Source: Armatimonadia bacterium
GTDB lineage: Bacteria; Armatimonadota; Zipacnadia; Zipacnadales; UBA11051
NCBI GenBank assembly: GCA_039683575.1
Contig: JBDKRC010000274.1
Span: 1-20,410, forward strand
Reading direction: 5' to 3'
DNA length: 20,410 nt
This document shows, piece after piece, positions 1-8,725 of this stretch. The notes beneath the pieces are model-generated. The model saw only the letters and a list, made by a program, of their open reading frames with translations, made no database searches and was not told where the DNA came from. The translations under genes and the position numbers were made by a program. The first letter of the stretch is position 1. Each line of letters starts with the position of its first letter.

Positions 1-914
1 ATGGCCGCGAAGGCTTTGGGGATCGCTACGCCCTGCGGGCAGGGGAGGCAGTACTCGCAGCCGGTGCAGTAGAGCTCGGCGAGCTTTTGATTGTCCTGCA
101 GGGCCTGGTTGATGGCCTCGATCTCGGCGCCGCTGAGCGGTTCTTCGCGGGAGGCGACGGCGCAGTTCTCGCGGACCTGCTGCTCGGTGTTCATGCCGGA
201 GAAGGCGATGGTGACGTTGGGGTTGGCAAGGACGAAGCGCAAGGCGAGTTCGGCGGTTGAAGCGGCGGAGGGGATGAGGGTCTGGAGTTTCTCCGAGTGC
301 ATCCCGAGGCGGCCGCCACCGACCGGGCCCATGATCTCGACACCCATGCCCAGTTCGTGGGCGCGGGCGATGGCTTCCTCGTTCTGGCGGTCGAGGAGGT
401 TGTACTGCAGCAACATGCCCTCGAAGAGACCAGTTTCAACGAGCTTGATGATGTTCTCGGGCGTGTCGTGGACTGAGAAGACGAGGTGCTTGATTATCCC
501 CTGCTCTTTGGCTTTGAGGGCCTCTTTCTGGAGCGTGGGCTCGTAGGCCCGGGTGAACTGGTCCCAGGTGAGGCTGTGGATGACCTTGTAGAAGTCGATA
601 TAGTCGGTCTGCATGCGCTCGAGGGTTGTTTCGAGGCGCTGCCACCAGCCTTCAGGGGTCTCGTCACTCCAGCAGGGGTTCTTGCTGGCGATATAGACCT
701 TGTCGCGGCGCCCCGCGATGGCCTTGCCGACGTAGATTTCGCTGCGGCCCTCGCCACCGTAGCCGAAGGCGGTATCAATGTAGTTGATGCCGAGGTCCAT
801 GCCAAGCTGCATGAGGCGGACGGATTCGTCGGGATCGCCGAAGGGCAGGCGCATGGCGCCATAGCCGAGGGCGGAGACTTGCTTGCCGGTATTGCCGTAC
901 GGACGGTATTGCAT
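1..914 (-). CDS. Aldo/keto reductase with C-terminal 4Fe-4S motif (3' end runs off the window)
   Basis: Not in the ORF track; translated by hand from ATG at 914: MQYRPYGNTGKQVSALGYGAMRLP...GINYIDTAFGYG...VYIASK...TDYIDFY...QYNLLDR...ALRFVLANPNVTIAFSGM...YCTGCEYCLPCPQGVAIP. These are AKR motifs plus CxxCxxCxxCP. The frame stays open to position 1. Confidence 0.93.
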   Translation of the reverse strand, partial: MQYRPYGNTGKQVSALGYGAMRLPFGDPDESVRLMQLGMDLGINYIDTAFGYGGEGRSEIYVGKAIAGRRDKVYIASKNPCWSDETPEGWWQRLETTLERMQTDYIDFYKVIHSLTWDQFTRAYEPTLQKEALKAKEQGIIKHLVFSVHDTPENIIKLVETGLFEGMLLQYNLLDRQNEEAIARAHELGMGVEIMGPVGGGRLGMHSEKLQTLIPSAASTAELALRFVLANPNVTIAFSGMNTEQQVRENCAVASREEPLSGAEIEAINQALQDNQKLAELYCTGCEYCLPCPQGVAIPKAFAA

Positions 915-949
915 TGGGATTACCCACCACCAGTTGAAGAATGAGGCCC

Positions 950-979
950 ATGATAGCGGAGGAGGGGGCGGTGAGGCAA
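950..979 (-). promoter_or_regulatory. Putative sigma70-type promoter for the AKR gene
   Basis: Minus strand TTGCCT-N18-TATCAT, about 35 nt upstream of ATG 914. Confidence 0.45.
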
Positions 980-991
980 GGGGAACAATGG

Positions 992-1018
992 GAAGGGGGA
1001 GCTGTGGAGATGGCGAAG
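992..1018 (+). promoter_or_regulatory. Putative alternative-sigma promoter motif, copy 1
   Basis: GAAGGG-N15-GCGAAG, 37 nt upstream of ATG 1056; the same motif recurs at four other gene starts. Confidence 0.5.
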
Positions 1019-1055
1019 ATGGTAAGGCTGTGCGGATGATGAGAGGAGCGGAAAC

Positions 1056-2648
1056 ATGATGACCATGAGCGGCGGGCAGACGGTTCTTCTGGCGGCATTA
1101 CTGCTGCTGGCGCAGTGGGCAGCCGGGGGCGCGGCTGTTGCCCAACCGCCGGCTGGACGGTTGCAGGTGGTCAAGGAGGGCGAACGGGTCTATGTCCGGT
1201 CGAGTTTCTCGCCGACGCATGAGGTGGTCGTGGTGGTCGGCAAGGGCACCAACCGCCAGATCAACTTTGAGAAGACCGTCCTAGTGCCGATGGTGGCCGG
1301 GACCAAAGCCGATGACCTCACGAATTCCCAGCTTATCCACGGCAACGGGGACGATTCCACACCGTGGAACCTGAACGGGACCTATATCGGCGCTAACCAC
1401 GGGTGCTCGGATTCCCGAGTGATCACTTGCGAGAACCACGGCCTCACAACGGCAGACCTCGGCAGCGAGTGGGCTGATGGGGCCGGGACGAAGTTCTATG
1501 TGCTGAAGATTCCGGATGGCAGCCATTTCTGGGTGCTGTCGGCCAACTCGGGCACCGGAGACATCTGGAAGTTCAACGGCAAGGTCGTAGGGCCGACGCT
1601 GAAGAGGACGCGCGACGGAGCGACGTTGACGTTCACTGAGGCAAAGATGGTGCAGCTTACGCCAGCCTGCAGGATCAACAGCCAACAGTACCTGGTGAAC
1701 GGGACGACGCCGCTGGTCGAGGGGCAGGCTGTGGAAGGCGAGAGCTTCGACATTGTGGAGGATTATGACGTGATCAGCCCCGCGGGGGTGCTGGCCGACT
1801 ATGTGGCGCATCCGGGGGAGGAGCGCAGTTTTGTGGCGCCGGGGCTGCCGGCAGTGGTCTCCAACCACATCATCTACCGGTTCCTTCCGAACGGGGCCAA
1901 TGTGATCTACACTACCTCGCAGGCGAAGCAGGACTTCAACATCGGCTACATGGGCTTCATCCAGTCGGCCAAGCTGTCGCTGCCGCCCGGGTCGACGACG
2001 CACCAGTACTACATCCCCAAGACGCTGCCGTTCGAGGCAGGGGGCAAGACGTGGGACTTTCAGGGGCAGCAGGATTACCTGGCGGCCCCTCCGGTGCCGC
2101 TGAATTTCGCGGTCAGCAATAACAACGTCAGCGATCCGGGGAATCTGCCAGACCGGTTCGTGCAGTTGCTCGGACACCGGGAGGGCGAGCAGACGGTGCA
2201 TGACGTGGGCTATGCGCTCGGGTATTCGCTGGTTCAGGGGATGACAGTACCGGCGCAGCGGGCGGCAAACGCGGGAAAGGCCCTTATGCTCTACACCAGC
2301 GCGAAGAGCTACCCCACGGCGGTAGATGCCAAGATGGGTCAGACCATCAAGGCGGGGACAAGCTTTGAGTGCGTCGGCTACCGGCAGTATTTCTGGCCCG
2401 GGGCGTATCCACAGACGACGTGCTGCTACTGGCACCAAGAGGGCAACGAGACGCTACTGTATGTCGATTATCACCGAGCAGTTGAGCGCGATGTATTGCG
2501 GCTGCCGGGGGAGTTTACGGGACGGAAGCTGCGGGTAGTGGAGAAGACGCCGTCGGTGACGGTGCATACGGGGGACGTGGTTCCGGCGGAGGGGCTGGTG
2601 CTGTCAGTGGCGGGTAGCTATGGGTCGGTGGTGGTGGGGATTCGGTGA
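1056..2648 (+). CDS. Secreted hypothetical protein, 530 aa, predicted beta-rich
   Basis: Long ORF with RBS GAGGAG 7 nt upstream and a signal peptide (VLLAALLLLAQWAAGGAAVA). No catalytic motif recognised. Confidence 0.85.
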   Translation: MMTMSGGQTVLLAALLLLAQWAAGGAAVAQPPAGRLQVVKEGERVYVRSSFSPTHEVVVVVGKGTNRQINFEKTVLVPMVAGTKADDLTNSQLIHGNGDDSTPWNLNGTYIGANHGCSDSRVITCENHGLTTADLGSEWADGAGTKFYVLKIPDGSHFWVLSANSGTGDIWKFNGKVVGPTLKRTRDGATLTFTEAKMVQLTPACRINSQQYLVNGTTPLVEGQAVEGESFDIVEDYDVISPAGVLADYVAHPGEERSFVAPGLPAVVSNHIIYRFLPNGANVIYTTSQAKQDFNIGYMGFIQSAKLSLPPGSTTHQYYIPKTLPFEAGGKTWDFQGQQDYLAAPPVPLNFAVSNNNVSDPGNLPDRFVQLLGHREGEQTVHDVGYALGYSLVQGMTVPAQRAANAGKALMLYTSAKSYPTAVDAKMGQTIKAGTSFECVGYRQYFWPGAYPQTTCCYWHQEGNETLLYVDYHRAVERDVLRLPGEFTGRKLRVVEKTPSVTVHTGDVVPAEGLVLSVAGSYGSVVVGIR

Positions 2649-2710
2649 GGAGGCGGTGATAGCGGACGGCCGGATGGGCGGTGAGACGGAGGTTGGTCGT
2701 AGATAACGGC

Positions 2711-2735
2711 GGGCCGGCTAAAGCACGGCCCCTCC
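2711..2735. repeat. REP-like palindrome or terminator between convergent genes
   Basis: Hairpin GGGCCG-GCT-AA-AGC-A-CGGCCC; reads GGAG-GGGCCG...CGGCCC on the minus strand. Confidence 0.4.
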
Positions 2736-2745
2736 GAGGCAGGCC

Positions 2746-3906
2746 CTACTGGTTGCGGGTTAGGATTTTGTCGAGTAGCTTCTTAGCCCACCAGGCGAGG
2801 GTGTAGAAGGGGGAGCGCTTGAGGCCTATGGCGTCGTAGGGGCAGGCTTCGAGGCAGCAGAAGCACTCGACGCAGAGCTTGCAGTCTACGCGGGCGTAGT
2901 CCTCGATCACGATGGCTTTGCGGGGGCAGATTCCGGCGCAGGCCTGGCAGCGGCGGCACTTGCGGCGGTCTACGCTCGGGCGGGCGGTGATCAGGGGGCG
3001 CAGGAGCGGCATCAGGCGGCCCAGCATGTCGGCGCGGACGATGGGGGCGCGGGCGATGCGCCGGGTGACCTCGGCGGGGGCCAGGCCGGTGACCTCGATG
3101 TTGGCACGAAGCCTCTCCCCTATTCCCGAGTTGCCAGCGACTACCGTAGTGGCGATTTCGTCGTCGGCGAACCCCATGAGGCCGGCGGTGATGAGATCGA
3201 GGGCGACACCGTCGGTTGAAGCGGCGATGACGCCGAGGTCACGCGGGCGGCCCTGGGTTGGCCCCATGCCCTCCATGACCACCACGGCGTCCATGAGGTG
3301 AACTTCAGGGACGCGGGCGGCGTAGCAGTCAACCAGGGCCTCGCTCAGGGCCCAGTAGCCGCCGAGCAGGTGGACTTCGAGGCGCTGGCGAGGGGCCATG
3401 GCGCCGAACATGTTTTTGAGGGCGCCGGTGTAGAGCGTCTGGCTGTGGGTTTTCGCTTTGGGGAGGTTGATGACGAGATCGGCGGTGTGGGCGCGGGTGG
3501 CGTACTGGACGGTTTTGAGGCGCCAGGGCTCCGTGGGCGCGACGTCGGTGTACCCGCCCTGGGCGAGAAGCTCAAAGTGTACATCGAGCCCGGCGCAGGC
3601 TTCGACCATGCCGGTGTTTTTGAAGGCGCGGGCGGCTTCCTGGGCGAGGGCGTAGCCGGGCTGGTCGGCGATGATGACGCTGGCGCCGGCTTCAAGGACG
3701 TACTCGGCGACCGCGCGGACGATCTGGGGGTGAGTGCAGACGGCGCGGTCGGGCGTCATGTCATTGATGACGTTGGGCTTGAGGAGGACCTGCAGGCCGG
3801 GGCGCAGGAGGCCGGACGGGATGACGGCGGCGAGGGCCTCGCGAACGGCGGATTCGACGCCGGCGGGGTCATAGTCATTGCAGCGAGTGAGATGAACGCG
3901 GGCCAC
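2746..3906 (-). CDS. DUF362 domain protein with C-terminal 2x[4Fe-4S] ferredoxin domain
   Basis: DUF362-type motifs VLLKPN, THP, INLPKAKTH, TGALKNMFG and MEGMGP, plus CRRCQACAGICP and CVECFCCLEACP. GTG start with GGGAG RBS. Confidence 0.92.
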   Translation of the reverse strand: MARVHLTRCNDYDPAGVESAVREALAAVIPSGLLRPGLQVLLKPNVINDMTPDRAVCTHPQIVRAVAEYVLEAGASVIIADQPGYALAQEAARAFKNTGMVEACAGLDVHFELLAQGGYTDVAPTEPWRLKTVQYATRAHTADLVINLPKAKTHSQTLYTGALKNMFGAMAPRQRLEVHLLGGYWALSEALVDCYAARVPEVHLMDAVVVMEGMGPTQGRPRDLGVIAASTDGVALDLITAGLMGFADDEIATTVVAGNSGIGERLRANIEVTGLAPAEVTRRIARAPIVRADMLGRLMPLLRPLITARPSVDRRKCRRCQACAGICPRKAIVIEDYARVDCKLCVECFCCLEACPYDAIGLKRSPFYTLAWWAKKLLDKILTRNQ

Positions 3907-3935
3907 GGCGGCTCCCCGGGGTGATTAGTGGGCTT

Positions 3936-3964
3936 ATCATAGCAGGAACGGCGGGAACGGGGAA
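3936..3964 (-). promoter_or_regulatory. Putative extended -10 sigma70 promoter for the DUF362 gene
   Basis: Minus strand TGcTATGAT (3944-3936), with a weak -35 TTCCCC 17 nt upstream. Confidence 0.5.
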
Positions 3965-3966
3965 GG

Positions 3967-4000
3967 CAGGGGTCAGGGATCAGGTTTCAGGGGTCAGGGA
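3967..4000. repeat. Heptamer tandem repeat (CAGGnnT x5)
   Basis: CAGGGGT CAGGGAT CAGGTTT CAGGGGT CAGGGA. Confidence 0.6.
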
Positions 4001-4017
4001 CGGCGGGCGCACGAGGT

Positions 4018-4281
4018 TGTCATCCTGAACGAAGTGAAGGATCTCGGGGCTTGGTGGGGGCCGGAGATTCTTCGTCGCACACGACGCTCCTCAGAATGAC
4101 ACGCGTGTTGGGGGGGGGCGGAGATTCTTCGTCGCACACGACGCTCCTCAGAATGACACGTGTGTTGGGGGACGGAGATTCTTCGTCGCAAACGACGCTC
4201 CTCAGAATGACACGGGTGTTGGGGGGACGGAGATTCTTCGTCGCAAACGACGCTCCTAAGAATGACACGGGTGTTGGGGGG
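4018..4281. repeat. TGTCA-type REP-like element: one left arm plus four tandem copies of the inverted right arm
   Basis: Left arm TGTCATCCTGAACGAAGTGAAGGATCTC (4018-4045). Units CGGAGATTCTTCGTCGCA[C/A]ACGACGCTCCT[C/A]AGAATGACACG[C/T/G]GTGTT-polyG start at 4062, 4119, 4173 and 4228 (periods 57, 54, 55). Confidence 0.9.
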
Positions 4282-4353
4282 CCGTCAGGGGGAACGGTGG
4301 GAGGGGGACCGTGGAGAGGTTTGGCTTGCGGGGGTGGAGGGGATTATGTAGAA

Positions 4354-4380
4354 GAAGGGAAAGCGGGATAGCCGCCGAAG
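4354..4380 (+). promoter_or_regulatory. Putative alternative-sigma promoter motif, copy 2
   Basis: GAAGGG-N15-CCGAAG upstream of the stalk-domain gene. Confidence 0.5.
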
Positions 4381-4459
4381 TAGTATCTGAAGCACATACT
4401 GAAGATCTGGTTGTTCTGTTTCGGCGCGAGAATCGCCGGAACGAAGGGAGAGAGTGCAC

Positions 4460-6640
4460 ATGACTCGGATGAGCAGTAGTTGGTTTGGTGTTGCTGTTGC
4501 AGTGCTTCTGCTGGGCGCGGCGGGCGGGGCTATGGCCCAGTCGGTCGTGATCAATGGTGTGCCGCTGGCCACCACACGGACGCCGGTTACCATGGGCGGC
4601 AGTATGCTGCTGCCCATGCGTGATGTTTTCGAGGCTTTGCAGTCGGAAGTGAAGTGGTTCGCGTCGGAGCAGAAGGTGATGGCGGTGCGCGGGCAGACCA
4701 CGGTCGAGCTTTGGATCGGCCGGCGTTACGCAACCATCAATGGGACACAAGTGCCTTTGCCCGTGGCCCCGATGATGATGGGCGGGTCAACCTACGTGCC
4801 GCTGCGCTTCCCTGCGGAAGCGTTCGGCGGGACGGTAGAGTGGCAGGCAGCCACGCGGACGGCGCTGATCAATATTCCGGAAGTCGGGACACAGCCGACG
4901 CAACCAACGCAGCCGACGCAACCGACGCAGCCACCGGTGGTGGAGCCGCCGGTCACGCCCCCGGCTGCGGCAAGCTTTGAGGGTACGGTACTGCAGGTGC
5001 TGGCGGCGCCGCCGAGCGTGCTGTTGCAGCTTGCCGGCACCGGGCTGCCGCAGGCAGTGCCGGTGGCGCAGCGGACGGCGATCACCCGTGGAGTGCAGGG
5101 CGCGCAGCCGCTGGCCGTGGCGCTTACCGAGGTCCGTCCGGGCGACTATGCCGTGGCGACCATGGGCACGGATAACATTGCCGACAAGCTGACGATTACC
5201 TATGGGGAGCTACAGGGCAAGGTTCTGGCCCTGGCAAACAACATTCTGGTGCTGGACGACGGAACGGCCTTCAGGCTGGCGGAGAATGCCAGAGTGGTGG
5301 GCCCGACGGGGCAGGCTGTGCCGCTGACGTCGGTAGCACAGAATGCACAGGTCACGCTGGGATTTGACCCGAACTCCAGGACGGTCTGGGAGGTCCGGCT
5401 GGCCGCCGCGCCGCCGACCACACCGACAGGACCGACACAGCCGAATGCGCCGGTGCAGATCATGACGGTGGGTGTGACCGATGCCAGCACGGTCTACGGG
5501 GCCGGGCAGACAGTACACCTGCGGCTCAAGGGCACGCCCGGTGGGCAGGCGACGGTCAGCGTGAGCACGCTGGCGAAGAACCTGCCGATGCGGGAGACCG
5601 ATGCGGGGACTTATGTGGCCGAGTGGGCCGTTCCCGCGGGGCTGGATTACCGCACGGCCACGATCTTCGGGTACCTGACCGTGGGGACGGTGCAGGCGCC
5701 ACGGGGCTCCAGCGCCGAGCGGATCACCATCGACAGCGTACCGCCGGAACTGCTGAGCGTGGAGCCGGATCGCGGCGCCACCATCAGCAACGACAGCCCG
5801 GCTATCGTCATGACGTTCAAGGCCGGGGCGGGGACGGGCCTGAACGCCAACGGCGTGACGCTGATGGTGAACAGGCGGAACGTGACGCGCGATGTGCAGG
5901 TCGAGGCCAATCAGATCACCTACAACGCGCAGAACCTGGCGGCGGGGAGCGTGAACGTTGAGGCCATCGTGCGCGATCTGGCGGGGAACGAAATCCGCCC
6001 CGCGTGGAGCTTCACGATCGCGGCAAGGCCTGAGAACATCATCAAGTCGGTCACCCATGACGCGCAACGGGTATTGGTTGCGGGTGACACCGTCCACATC
6101 TCCACAGTGGTTGGGACAGCAGGGGCCACTCCCACCTTCAGCATCGCGGGAGTGGTGCAGAATCAGCCGATGAGGCGGGTCGGGACCACCAGCAAGTATG
6201 TGGGAACATACACGGTGAAGGCGGGAGACAAGGTCTCTAAGGCAGCGATCACCGTCAACTACAAGGACCCGAACGGCAACGAAGCCAAGATGGACGCGAC
6301 GAGCAAGGTCAACATCGATACGGCCCTGCCGACCGCGCTGAAGATCACCAAGCCGCTGGACCAGTCGGCAGTGGGTGACGCGCTGGTGGTGGCGGGCGAG
6401 GCGCGTCCGTACAGCAAGGTGCGCGTGACTGTCACCTACCGGACGCGCATTGTGACGTGGGTTACGGGGCAGTTGTGGCAGGACACGGTGCAGACCGATG
6501 CCAAGGGCCTCTGGACGACGCCGGAGATGGATACCAGTGTGGGGCTGTTTGGCAAGGCGGATCAGTACATCGTCCTGGCAGAAGTGCTCGACAAGGACGG
6601 TAAGACGACCAGCCAGATGCAGATCACGCTGAAGAAGTAG
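4460..6640 (+). CDS. Secreted copper amine oxidase N-terminal (stalk) domain protein with Pro/Thr linkers and probable Ig-like domains
   Basis: Signal peptide; stalk-domain motifs LLPMRDVFEAL and GSTYVPLRFPAEAFGGTVEW; (TQP)5 linker; IDSVPP and RDLAGN Ig-like motifs. ATG 4460 preferred over GTG 4454 on RBS spacing. Confidence 0.9.
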   Translation: MTRMSSSWFGVAVAVLLLGAAGGAMAQSVVINGVPLATTRTPVTMGGSMLLPMRDVFEALQSEVKWFASEQKVMAVRGQTTVELWIGRRYATINGTQVPLPVAPMMMGGSTYVPLRFPAEAFGGTVEWQAATRTALINIPEVGTQPTQPTQPTQPTQPPVVEPPVTPPAAASFEGTVLQVLAAPPSVLLQLAGTGLPQAVPVAQRTAITRGVQGAQPLAVALTEVRPGDYAVATMGTDNIADKLTITYGELQGKVLALANNILVLDDGTAFRLAENARVVGPTGQAVPLTSVAQNAQVTLGFDPNSRTVWEVRLAAAPPTTPTGPTQPNAPVQIMTVGVTDASTVYGAGQTVHLRLKGTPGGQATVSVSTLAKNLPMRETDAGTYVAEWAVPAGLDYRTATIFGYLTVGTVQAPRGSSAERITIDSVPPELLSVEPDRGATISNDSPAIVMTFKAGAGTGLNANGVTLMVNRRNVTRDVQVEANQITYNAQNLAAGSVNVEAIVRDLAGNEIRPAWSFTIAARPENIIKSVTHDAQRVLVAGDTVHISTVVGTAGATPTFSIAGVVQNQPMRRVGTTSKYVGTYTVKAGDKVSKAAITVNYKDPNGNEAKMDATSKVNIDTALPTALKITKPLDQSAVGDALVVAGEARPYSKVRVTVTYRTRIVTWVTGQLWQDTVQTDAKGLWTTPEMDTSVGLFGKADQYIVLAEVLDKDGKTTSQMQITLKK
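4889..4933 (+). repeat. Coding 9-bp tandem repeat, (Thr-Gln-Pro)x5 linker
   Basis: ACACAGCCG ACGCAACCA ACGCAGCCG ACGCAACCG ACGCAGCCA. Confidence 0.8.
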
Positions 6641-6660
6641 AACGAATAGAATGCAAGCCG

Positions 6661-6693
6661 AAAAGGGGCGCGCCCGGTGGGCGCGCCCCTCTT
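6661..6693. terminator. Likely bidirectional intrinsic terminator between convergent genes
   Basis: Perfect 12-bp stem AGGGGCGCGCCC-GGT-GGGCGCGCCCCT, with an A-run on the left and CTT on the right. Confidence 0.7.
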
Positions 6694-6694
6694 A

Positions 6695-8470
6695 CTACTG
6701 GGTGACGGTGGCAGTGGCCAGGTTGTCCGCCTCGTCGTGCTGCAAGTGGTTGCCATTGGCCACTACCGGCAGATGAACCTCAAAGGTTGTACCTACCCCC
6801 ACTTCAGTGCGTACCACGATACTCCCACCATGGCTCGTGACGATCCCCTGAACTATGCACAGGCCAAGGCCGGTCCCTCTGCCACTTCCGGCTTCCGATT
6901 TTGTCTTGGTAGTGAAGAATGGCTCGAAGATCCGGGGGAGATGCTCGGGGTTGATGCCGGTCCCGGTGTCGGCGACAGTCAGTACCAACTCTTCCCGGCC
7001 GGATGTCGCCGGGGTATATTCAGTGCTGACCGTGAGCCTGCCGCCCCGTGGCATGGCATGGATGGCGTTGATCACGAGGTTCAGGAGGATACGCCCGACC
7101 TCGGCTGGATCTACTGCAACGGGCCAGCCCTCAGGCTGATATTGCCTGACGACCTCGATTCCAGCTCCCTGTAGCTGGGGGTTCGCGACAGACAGCACTG
7201 CTTCCAAGGCTCCCTCAATCCGAGTCGCCTCTGCTATCGCCTCCTGGGGGGCCGCGAAAGCCATCAGGTTGTCGATGATCGCGGCGCCCTGAGCCGTGGC
7301 CCGCATGACGACCTCCAGCAGGTCCTGCTGGCAGTCGGCATGGCCCTTCTGCACGAGGTTCGCCCAGCCTCTGATGCTGGACAGCAGGTTGCTGACGTCG
7401 TGGATCACTCCCGTCGCCATCTGGCCTACCGCCGCCATCCGCTCGGCCTCTTCCGCCTGCTTCCGTGCCGTGACGTCTGACAGCACCACGATGTAGCCCT
7501 GAGACGGGTCATCGGCGACGAGACGGCAGGCCGTGAAGCGGCAGTCAAAACTGGTGCCATCAGGCCGTGTCAGCACGGCTTCAGTCTCACGCGTACCAGC
7601 CGGGGTGGTAGTACTGTAGAGCTCTCTGGCAACTCGCTCCCATTCGGAAGCCTCTGAGTAGAATCGCCGCGTACTGGTCCCGATTGACTCGTCTGGTGAG
7701 ACTCCCAGCATCTGGCAGGCCGTATCGTTGGCCCACTCCACGAGGTGGTTGCGTACAAGACTGATACCGACCGGCGACGCGGCGAGAATTGCATCCAAAA
7801 TGCGCGCCTGCTCGTGCACCTTCTCGTCAGCGAGGTGATGGGCCAGCGCGATCCCGAGTGCGTCGGCAAGCTTCTCCAGGAACAGGACCAATTCGATCGT
7901 CAAGCGGTCGGGACGGCTGTCGTTGAGTTGCAGGAGGCCGAGGCAGGTCCCCCCGGCTCGCAGCGGTATCAGGGCGACTGACTCGTAGCCAAACGTGTTG
8001 CAGTACTGGAGAGTCCCGTAGGGAAGCTCGGCTCCGGCGGGCGAGGCCAGCAGGTCGGTGGTGCTGTTGGTCCAGAAGCTGCCGCCAGCACTGAAGTAAG
8101 GCTGCGACGGATCGGTCGCGCCCCTGAGAACGCTGCCGCACACGCACCCGCACGGCTTCCCGCACCACTCGCCTGAGGCGCGATGCAGTTCACCGTCATG
8201 CTCGAAACCACAGGGCAAGGACTGGTGACACAGGAAATCCTCCGGGAAGCCGGTGGCCACGCAGTAGGGGGAGCCGTGGACGCCGGTAAGCCGCAGGCCA
8301 ACCGCCTCCATGTCGGTGAAGTCCTTGATGAGAATGAGCACCGAATCCAGGGTCTCCGGCAAGCCTTCTGAACTGCCTAAGACCTCGAGAACAACAGCCG
8401 CCAGGGCAAGCTCAGCGTGTACGGCAGCGGCATCTGGAGTGGTCGCTACGCGCTGCGCATCAAGTTCCAA
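6695..8470 (-). CDS. Sensor histidine kinase (Cys-rich GAF, PAS, HisKA, HATPase_c)
   Basis: [11 protein letters not shown]...LGLLQLND (GAF); PAS region; H-box [11 protein letters not shown]-box [13 protein letters not shown]1 VADTGTGI; F-box [10 protein letters not shown]2 GTGLGL. TTG 8470 has AGGAG 8 nt upstream; the ORF extends to GTG 8506. Confidence 0.92.
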   Translation of the reverse strand: MELDAQRVATTPDAAAVHAELALAAVVLEVLGSSEGLPETLDSVLILIKDFTDMEAVGLRLTGVHGSPYCVATGFPEDFLCHQSLPCGFEHDGELHRASGEWCGKPCGCVCGSVLRGATDPSQPYFSAGGSFWTNSTTDLLASPAGAELPYGTLQYCNTFGYESVALIPLRAGGTCLGLLQLNDSRPDRLTIELVLFLEKLADALGIALAHHLADEKVHEQARILDAILAASPVGISLVRNHLVEWANDTACQMLGVSPDESIGTSTRRFYSEASEWERVARELYSTTTPAGTRETEAVLTRPDGTSFDCRFTACRLVADDPSQGYIVVLSDVTARKQAEEAERMAAVGQMATGVIHDVSNLLSSIRGWANLVQKGHADCQQDLLEVVMRATAQGAAIIDNLMAFAAPQEAIAEATRIEGALEAVLSVANPQLQGAGIEVVRQYQPEGWPVAVDPAEVGRILLNLVINAIHAMPRGGRLTVSTEYTPATSGREELVLTVADTGTGINPEHLPRIFEPFFTTKTKSEAGSGRGTGLGLCIVQGIVTSHGGSIVVRTEVGVGTTFEVHLPVVANGNHLQHDEADNLATATVTQ

Positions 8471-8627
8471 AATGACTTCTCCTGTTGTAAAGACCCTCCG
8501 CCGCACTTGGATGGTAACAGGTAACCTAGTTTCAGTCTATCGGTGATTCTCTCTATTTCTATCATGATGTGCCTTATTTCCAAGGCGTACTTAGCGACGT
8601 GCCTGCGCCATCGTCTGGGGGCGGGGA

Positions 8628-8654
8628 GCAGGGACTGCAGGAGCGATAGCGAAG
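8628..8654 (+). promoter_or_regulatory. Putative alternative-sigma promoter motif, copy 3
   Basis: GCAGGG-N15-GCGAAG upstream of the GH32 gene. Confidence 0.5.
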
Positions 8655-8725
8655 AAGAAGGGCTCTGGCATGAAAGAGGGCCGCAACTGCTCCGCCGCTG
8701 CCACCTAGCAGAGAGGGATCACACT

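Noticed and set aside
4062..4281. CRISPR array
   Set aside because: Units are near-identical along their whole length, separated only by poly-G. There are no unique spacers or cas genes, and an inverted partner arm indicates a REP-like element.
3994..4371. Short ORFs with repeated peptides (VILRSVVCDEESP, CHSEERRVRRRIS), and similar ORFs at 14902-15234
   Set aside because: They are translations of the REP-like repeats and lack RBS support.
8471..8506. N-terminal VFTTGEV resembling an excisionase/MerR HTH start on the kinase
   Set aside because: No HTH continues after it, and the segment contains the AGGAG RBS for TTG 8470, so it is probably untranslated.
8543..8725. N-terminal extensions in the ORF track for GH32 (also tag from 10728, methyltransferase from 11572, secreted protein from 13105)
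   Set aside because: The extensions overlap neighbouring genes or promoter regions. Downstream ATGs fit the family N-termini, RBSs or gene packing better.
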